22,065 nt of DNA from Planctomycetota bacterium (GTDB lineage Bacteria > Planctomycetota > GCA-002687715 > DRQF01), in the NCBI GenBank assembly GCA_027001995.1, contig JALTLO010000130.1:21993-44057 (forward strand), read 5' to 3'. The notes under the pieces are model-generated. The model was given only the letters and a program-made list of their open reading frames with translations, had not been told where the DNA came from and made no database searches. Both the position numbers and the translations under genes were made by a program. Shown here one piece after another: positions 16,138 to 22,065 of the stretch (position 1 is the stretch's first letter; every line of letters starts with the position of its first letter).

Positions 16138-17445
16138 ATGAGAAGCATGTGGCAGCCGACGATCGTTTTTCTTCTATTGATGTCCGGATTCCTCAACGCC
16201 CAGCGTTTCGCCGAAGCGCCTGACGTTTATGAGTTTGCACCCCCTTTGCAATTTCAACCAAAATACAAACATGATCCTCTGCGCAAGAAGGTTATTCTCA
16301 ATCCTGATTTCTTTTGCACCCAATGTGCGAAGGAAGGGCGGATCAAGATTCAACATCGCAATGAGATCAAAGACATTTTGGAGACGATCAAGAAGTTTCC
16401 CATGAAGTTAGATTCTGGAGAAACAGAAAGACGTCATGGCCGTTTTCGTTTGATGGATCGTGATGGCGATGTCATTGTCAAGATGCTGCTGAATCAGAAG
16501 AAAGCCAAGAAGCCTGTCTTCATTGAGGATAAGACTTTTCGGATCTTTTGCGACTTGGGAAGCTTTAGCACCAAGAAGTTTCCCTATCGAAGGAGGGAGA
16601 TTGAACTCCAGCAGCTCGGCGATATTTTCCCGAAGATCAGCAAGAAGACAGTGAACTTGAATTCACACCATCGCGCTCACCTCTATTTGATTCGGTCTCA
16701 TCGCGTCTTACGGGATCTCAAATACTTAGTTGAGTCCGATAAGCATAAGGCGGACATGGCGTTCAAGGGACCATACATTGGCATGTATGAGAAATTTGAG
16801 GTTTACATCTTTGGTCGCCAAAAGAACATGCTTCAGTTCATCAAGAGCACTTTGGGCTCGGACGACAAAGATGGCCGTTGTTGGCACAACCTCAAGGATG
16901 CGGCCATGGCTGCGATCCTACACGGTCAAGGCCGCTCGGATGTGCAGCTCAATAACACATTCACTCACCGATTGGCTTACAATGTCATCACCGGCTATCG
17001 CAAGTACGAATATGATCTGCCAGCTTGGGTAGCCCTCGGTTACGCTCATCTGATGGAAAGACGAGAGAGAACAGACTTCAACACTTACATCTTTGGTGAG
17101 CAAAAGACCCCGAAGTTGCCAACCTATAAGAAATGGAAGCTGCGGGTCAGGAAGATGGTGGCCACCAAGAAGATCCCTCGATCCTTCGCGGAAACTGCAG
17201 CTTTCGACAATATCTCTGACTTGAGACCCATTGAGCATTTTCTCGCTTGGAGCCAAATGAGCTTCTTGATGCAGCGAGACCAGAAGAAGATGGGCAAATT
17301 CATCAACGTTTTGAAAGACAAGAAAACCGGAGAGTCCATGCGAAACTTAGTGATTCGTGCCTTACGCCTGGCTTATGGTTTTTCGATCCCGACGATGGAA
17401 GAGGCTTGGAAAGAGTGGGTTTTGGCCACCTATCCATCGGCCTAA
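16138..17445 (+). CDS. Exported hypothetical protein with a degenerate peptidase-MA/DUF1570-like domain
   Basis: Signal peptide (IVFLLLMSGFLNA-Q); CTQC; THRLAY...LPAWVALGYAHLME matches the layout of HExxH...PxWxxEGxA; later AWSQMSFL and MEEAWKEWV are typical of that family's C-terminus. Confidence 0.7.
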   Translation: MRSMWQPTIVFLLLMSGFLNAQRFAEAPDVYEFAPPLQFQPKYKHDPLRKKVILNPDFFCTQCAKEGRIKIQHRNEIKDILETIKKFPMKLDSGETERRHGRFRLMDRDGDVIVKMLLNQKKAKKPVFIEDKTFRIFCDLGSFSTKKFPYRRREIELQQLGDIFPKISKKTVNLNSHHRAHLYLIRSHRVLRDLKYLVESDKHKADMAFKGPYIGMYEKFEVYIFGRQKNMLQFIKSTLGSDDKDGRCWHNLKDAAMAAILHGQGRSDVQLNNTFTHRLAYNVITGYRKYEYDLPAWVALGYAHLMERRERTDFNTYIFGEQKTPKLPTYKKWKLRVRKMVATKKIPRSFAETAAFDNISDLRPIEHFLAWSQMSFLMQRDQKKMGKFINVLKDKKTGESMRNLVIRALRLAYGFSIPTMEEAWKEWVLATYPSA

Positions 17446-17577
17446 CCTGAATAATTCACGACCTCGCGACCTCCAGGGACGGTAAGGCAGGCCCGAGAAT
17501 CTTGGATTTAAGTATTCTTGGACTCTTTCATCCAAGAACCCCCTCCAGGGTTTCCACACATGAGGGTGGATTGGGTG

Positions 17578-19137
17578 TCATTTCAAGATCACAGAGACGA
17601 AGCGTCCTCCGGAAAGTTTCGCCATAGGTTCAAGAAAGCTGTTGTTGCCAGCGCCAAAAGTCATGGTGTGAAAGACAATCTTGGCGCGGCGGTTGACCAC
17701 GGTGAAGTAGCGTAGGAGCTCGTTGATATCTTTCATGCGTCCCACGGAAGGCATACCGTCGGTGAGAAAAAACACAGTGTCTCCTTCCACCTTATGATTC
17801 TTGCTGGGTTTCTTTTGAGGGGTCTTCTTGAGACCGAAAGCCCAGTTGAGGGCGGCGAAAGTGTTGGTACCACCTTTGTCCTCTTTCGCTACCCGCCGTT
17901 TGATTCTATCGGGGGTGAGATCTGCCAAGAACTTAAGAGCCAGGTTGCGGTTGCCAGCGCTGGCCTTCACCAATTTTTTCTTCCATGGATGAATCTCAGC
18001 ATCAAACAAGAGAATGTTGAACTTGACGTGTTTCTTGAGACCCGCGATGGTGTTGATGAGTTGGTTGCGGCAAAGATCAATCTTGGTGGTTCCTTCTCCA
18101 TAGAGCTTGCGGAATTTCTTGACTCTTTCCTCGCTGGTGCCGTAGGGAATCACCAAGTCAACCATACTCCCAGAAATGTCGAGGACGAAGAGGATGCGCT
18201 TGGATTTGGTCTTAATACCCAGGAATGGGGGAGGGTCACCGCCGCTACTGCCGTAAGCCGCCATGGCTTCTTCTAGTTCTTTTTCTTTCTTCTTAATTTC
18301 AGCTTCGGTGGGTACCTTGAAGCGATTCTTGGCTCGTTTCCACCAACTGCGCCAGCGGCTTGGGTTGCTGCTATATTGTTTGCCGGTGAGCTTGACCAAA
18401 GCACGATGGGCGTCCTCCCTGAGGCGGCCTTCTCCTGATTCCAAGATGTCCATGAGAGGCTCAATACTTCGTTTGGCCCGAAAGGGGACGCAGGCGGCGA
18501 TGGCTGTGGCCTTGACTCGCCAATCCTTGTCTTCTTGCATCAACAAGATGCAACGGTCTAAGGCACCTTTGAACTTGAGCCCGATGAGGGAATCGATGGC
18601 TACTAAGCGAATTTGCGGTTCTTTGGCATCCAAGAGTTTCAAGAGGGCGTCGCTGCTGGCGCTTCCTTTGGCAGGTAGAACTCCCAGGAGTTCGGCTGCC
18701 AATAGCCTTAGCTCGAACACTTTTCCCTCGGCCATTTTGAGGACGCTGTTGTAAGCCACTTTGGGTCTGGTTTTCTTGAATGACTCCAAAATGATGACTT
18801 TGGTTTCGATTTTCTTGGCGTTCTTGACGGCCCGGGTGAGAAGAGCCAGGGCTTTGGGTGTGTTCTGCTTTTCCAGCGCTGGGAGAACTGCAGAACGCAC
18901 AACTTCTTCTTTGTCTTTTAGGGCAGAAAGGATGTAAGGGACGACTTTTTCACTATTGCAGTCGCCGATGCCTTCAACGGCTGCTTTGCGCAGATGCTTG
19001 TTCTCATTGGAGTAGAATTTCTTGAACTCCTTAATGGCTTGGGCCACCTCCTCTTTCTTGGCCTCCTGCCCAAAGGAAAAAGTTGACGCGAGGCCGATGA
19101 GGAGAAGTGTGAGTGTAAAAAGCAATCCGTGTCGCAT
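17578..19137 (-). CDS. Exported HEAT-repeat plus vWA domain protein
   Basis: Signal peptide MRHGLLFTLTLLLIGLASTFSFG (ATG at 19137 after AAAGGA); HEAT/PBS repeats (LRKAAVEGIG, VRSAVLPAL, LRLLAAELLG, IRLVAIDSL, DWRVKATAI, LREDAHRAL); C-terminal vWA with MIDAS (VLDISGSM...GGTN...FLTDG). Confidence 0.87.
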   Translation of the reverse strand: MRHGLLFTLTLLLIGLASTFSFGQEAKKEEVAQAIKEFKKFYSNENKHLRKAAVEGIGDCNSEKVVPYILSALKDKEEVVRSAVLPALEKQNTPKALALLTRAVKNAKKIETKVIILESFKKTRPKVAYNSVLKMAEGKVFELRLLAAELLGVLPAKGSASSDALLKLLDAKEPQIRLVAIDSLIGLKFKGALDRCILLMQEDKDWRVKATAIAACVPFRAKRSIEPLMDILESGEGRLREDAHRALVKLTGKQYSSNPSRWRSWWKRAKNRFKVPTEAEIKKKEKELEEAMAAYGSSGGDPPPFLGIKTKSKRILFVLDISGSMVDLVIPYGTSEERVKKFRKLYGEGTTKIDLCRNQLINTIAGLKKHVKFNILLFDAEIHPWKKKLVKASAGNRNLALKFLADLTPDRIKRRVAKEDKGGTNTFAALNWAFGLKKTPQKKPSKNHKVEGDTVFFLTDGMPSVGRMKDINELLRYFTVVNRRAKIVFHTMTFGAGNNSFLEPMAKLSGGRFVSVILK

Positions 19138-19279
19138 AGTCATCCTTTGCTGGGGCAGTTCGCACTTGACCAGGATACTCATTACGACGGGCTTTGGGCA
19201 GTTCTGAGGTAAATTCCGGTCTATTCGCTCTTTCTGCCCCGATCTTTGGCGTCAAGTCTGCCAAGGTGGAGCAATTGCT

Positions 19280-21868
19280 TCACTCTTGAGACAAGATGGC
19301 CCGAATCTCTGGGTGAGAGCGAAATTTGGATAGTTCCGGGGGATTGCGGAGGGCATCGAATCGTTTGAATCCCCGTTGCTTCCAAGCCAAAAGAGCCGTC
19401 TTAGCTTGTTTGAACTGCTGATTTTGTATGGCATGGAGAATCTCGATGAAATAGGGGTCCCCCTGGTGAGGGGACTTACGCTTGGCGATCCGAAGACAGA
19501 CCCGCAGATTGCGTTCTTCGTTGAGGAGGTGGTTTTCCCAGGCGTAGTGCACCCGAGAGCGGGCAATGACTCGATCCCGCATTCTTTCCAAGGCGGCGTC
19601 TCGGTCACCGGTGTCTTGCAGGATGTCAAAAAGAACATCTCTCAGCCGGTCCAGGACCGGTGTGTCGTGGGGATGTTCTCCTAAGTGAGAGAGGAGCTTG
19701 AGGCGAAGCTCTCTTGCGGGAAGACCTTCGAAACGATTGATCGTAAAGCTGCCCCGTTCTTGTCTACGATCCCAAGTGTTTTGGTCGGCAATGAAGATCC
19801 CGATAGTTTTTTCTGTTTCTCCGATAAAGAGGCTAAGTTCGCCTCCTACGGCCCATCGTCTTTCTGCTGAGCCCAAGGCTTCGGTCCAGTCTTTGACGCA
19901 AGAGAGAGCCCCTAAAATGTCTCCTGTGGCACCTAAGCACCGCGCCTTCAGTTGCCAAGACGCATCTGCGGCTACCTCCACATCCCCCCAGCGCTTGAGC
20001 TGTTCATCCAAGTGCCCCAAAGCTAAAGCGTAGAGTTGGGTTTCGCCTTCCACGTAGAGCTCTGCCAGGAACTGTCTGGCGAATGGTTCGTCTGGATTGA
20101 GAGCGAGGATTTCTTCAAGTTTGACGACGGCGGCGGCTTTGTTGCCAGACAAGATTTCCATGCGGGCTTCTAATCGGCGGGTTGGCAAGTGGTAAGGCGC
20201 TTGACTCAAGATTTCATTGGCCAAAGTTTTGGCTTCTGCCAGTGATGGCAAACTCTTGGAGGCGTTGAAAAGCATGGTGGCTGCCACATTGCCCTGGGGA
20301 ATCGCCATAGCTTCGCTGATGGTCCGTTGTTCGGCCAAGTTGTAAACCGTTTTGAGAAGGCGATAGCGCAAGGAAGGGGCGAGCCAAGCAGATTGGGCCA
20401 CCCGGCGAATGCTCTTGCCGACAATGCCCAAATCCCCCAGTAATTTGGCGGATTCTTCAGGATTCTCCTGGCTCGCTTTGGCGAAGGCTTCTTTCAATTG
20501 TTCGCCGCGGTCCCGCAAGGACGTGGCTGCACTGTCCCGCTCTGCCCAAAGAAGAACGGAGAGGGAGCACAAGACGCCCAAACCTAAGACAAGGATGATT
20601 CGCCATGTGATGGACGTGTTCGTGGGGGTGACACGCTTGGAGGAGGAGCGGAAACCCAAACCGGTCAGAAATGCCAAAGGGACCAGGGTAGCCGGGTGCT
20701 TGAAGGTGGCCCAAGTGCAGCTCAGGATCAGAAGCCCTAACCACATAGCCAGAGCGACCCGAGATTCAAATTGAGATCGCTGCCGCCAAAGTCGCCCTAA
20801 GATGCAGAGGACTATCATGAGAATGAGGATGGTGCCCACAAGTCCGTATTCCGCCAGCAGCCGCAGTAACTCATTGTGAGGGTCGTCGACTCGGCTTTCT
20901 AACCCGGAAAGCATCCACTCTTTCTTTTGCCTCACTTGGCCATGTTCAGAGCCAAAGCGACCGCCGCCGGTCCCCAAGAAAGAACGGTTCATGGCCATGG
21001 AAACCGCATCTTCGGCCAGGGCGATTCGCACCACATTGGTGGGGTGTTCCTTGTCAGCAATGCTCTGCAAACGAGCTGTTAATTTGTTTTGTAGGGCGTC
21101 TTCTGGGGCTACCCATGCAATGACAATGAAGACGAACAGGAAGAAGCTGAAGAGCCATCCTGGGTGCATCCATTTCTTCCCCACTTGGGGTGCTATCCCA
21201 GGTTTCTTGGCCGTGAAATCCAAGAAAGCGAGAGCGGCGAAAAAGACAAGTGTGCCCACCCAGACTCCCCGGGAATCGCTGACATAAATCAAATACGTGG
21301 CTGCCAATCCCAGTCCCACCCCTACACCCAGGGCAGCTTTCCCTTTTTGCTCTCTGAGCAACAAAAGAATGAACCCCAGGAAAACCAAGGCACACTCGCC
21401 CAAGAGAGCTCCATTGCCGATGGTCCCTGTCCAAACCCCTTTCTGGTGGGGCACCTCCAGGGGGAAAATCCCAGCATCAAGAGCGAGTTGGGCCAAGATG
21501 AGGAAGACGGGAAAGGATGCGCCTAAAAGAAGCAGGGAACTGCTGTGCTTGCCACTCCAGGCGAAGGCCACCAGAATGGTCAAGATATAAGGCAAGGCTA
21601 GGCGACTCAGATCAATGAGCGCTGTTTGGAAGTCGGCAGAGCCAGCGGCAGCAAGACTCATGCCCCCCACAGCTAAAAGGACGATAGCCCCAATTGGGAA
21701 ACTGGGGTTCTGTTTCAAGAAGTGTTCCAAGCCTTGGCGCCACCCTAAGAAGGAAGCTATGAGAACTCCCAGGGCCACCGTGAGCCATTTGCTGACTTCA
21801 AATTCAGAGAATGCAGCAGAAGCCACCAAGGGCGCCAAGGTCAGTGCGACGAGGAGAGCAATTCGCAT
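19280..21868 (-). CDS. O-antigen ligase (Wzy_C/WaaL-like) family membrane protein with TPR-like C-terminus
   Basis: About 12 hydrophobic helices; GTIGN, SDSRGVW, R...A...FLGTGGGRF and PHNELLRLLAEYGLVG motifs; helical C-terminal region (LEEILALNPDEPFARQFLAELY). Start is the ATG at 21868 or the TTG at 21874. Confidence 0.85.
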   Translation of the reverse strand: MRIALLVALTLAPLVASAAFSEFEVSKWLTVALGVLIASFLGWRQGLEHFLKQNPSFPIGAIVLLAVGGMSLAAAGSADFQTALIDLSRLALPYILTILVAFAWSGKHSSSLLLLGASFPVFLILAQLALDAGIFPLEVPHQKGVWTGTIGNGALLGECALVFLGFILLLLREQKGKAALGVGVGLGLAATYLIYVSDSRGVWVGTLVFFAALAFLDFTAKKPGIAPQVGKKWMHPGWLFSFFLFVFIVIAWVAPEDALQNKLTARLQSIADKEHPTNVVRIALAEDAVSMAMNRSFLGTGGGRFGSEHGQVRQKKEWMLSGLESRVDDPHNELLRLLAEYGLVGTILILMIVLCILGRLWRQRSQFESRVALAMWLGLLILSCTWATFKHPATLVPLAFLTGLGFRSSSKRVTPTNTSITWRIILVLGLGVLCSLSVLLWAERDSAATSLRDRGEQLKEAFAKASQENPEESAKLLGDLGIVGKSIRRVAQSAWLAPSLRYRLLKTVYNLAEQRTISEAMAIPQGNVAATMLFNASKSLPSLAEAKTLANEILSQAPYHLPTRRLEARMEILSGNKAAAVVKLEEILALNPDEPFARQFLAELYVEGETQLYALALGHLDEQLKRWGDVEVAADASWQLKARCLGATGDILGALSCVKDWTEALGSAERRWAVGGELSLFIGETEKTIGIFIADQNTWDRRQERGSFTINRFEGLPARELRLKLLSHLGEHPHDTPVLDRLRDVLFDILQDTGDRDAALERMRDRVIARSRVHYAWENHLLNEERNLRVCLRIAKRKSPHQGDPYFIEILHAIQNQQFKQAKTALLAWKQRGFKRFDALRNPPELSKFRSHPEIRAILSQE

Positions 21869-21935
21869 GGACAAGCGTCCTTGTGGTTGAGGAAATCATG
21901 GTGTGGTGTGAAGTATCCAGAACTCCACGGCCAAG

Positions 21936-22065
21936 TTAAGCTGAGAACAGAGCTTGGACGAAAGCGTCCGTATCGAATTCCTCAATATCATCAGCTTTTT
22001 CACCAATTCCAATAAATTTTACCGGAACCGGAATTTCGTGGCGGATGCCAATCACGGTGCCACCT
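21936..22065 (-). CDS. ftsY: Signal recognition particle receptor FtsY, C-terminal fragment (gene begins beyond the window)
   Basis: Hand translation of the minus strand from 22064 gives GGTVIGIRHEIPVPVKFIGIGEKADDIEEFDTDAFVQALFSA-stop, the SRP-GTPase closing motif. It ends right after the G domain, as FtsY does and Ffh does not. Confidence 0.92.
   Translation of the reverse strand, partial: GGTVIGIRHEIPVPVKFIGIGEKADDIEEFDTDAFVQALFSA

Noticed and set aside
17515..17538. Hairpin TTCTTGGA-N8-TCCAAGAA between convergent genes as a terminator
   Set aside because: AT-rich stem with no clear U tract on either strand; too weak to call.

Overview
Mostly core-genome region of a PVC-superphylum bacterium, most likely Planctomycetota. 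The assignment rests on the PVC small basic signature protein, the groEL-groES-groEL-dnaJ order, and NPCBM, vWA and HEAT-vWA exported proteins. On the minus strand is a chaperone operon (groEL1-groES-groEL2-dnaJ). Divergent from it is a plus-strand run: NPCBM protein, membrane vWA protein, pdxA, Lys-rich bitopic protein, PVC small basic protein, queE, der and a lipoprotein. Next come a GT2 glycosyltransferase (-), an extreme histone-H1-like KKKxx repeat protein (+) and an exported peptidase-MA-like protein lacking its zinc motif (+). The window ends with a minus-strand run of ftsY (partial, absent from the ORF track), an O-antigen-ligase/TPR protein and a HEAT-vWA protein. No mobile element, CRISPR array, tRNA or rRNA is visible, and I cannot demonstrate a complete novel system. 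The best leads are a structured RNA candidate upstream of queE, a CIRCE-less sigma54-like chaperone promoter, three strongly basic proteins that could act on the nucleoid, a pseudo-peptidase, and a 22-bp motif shared by two gene ends. All family calls come from motif recognition by eye, not database searches.
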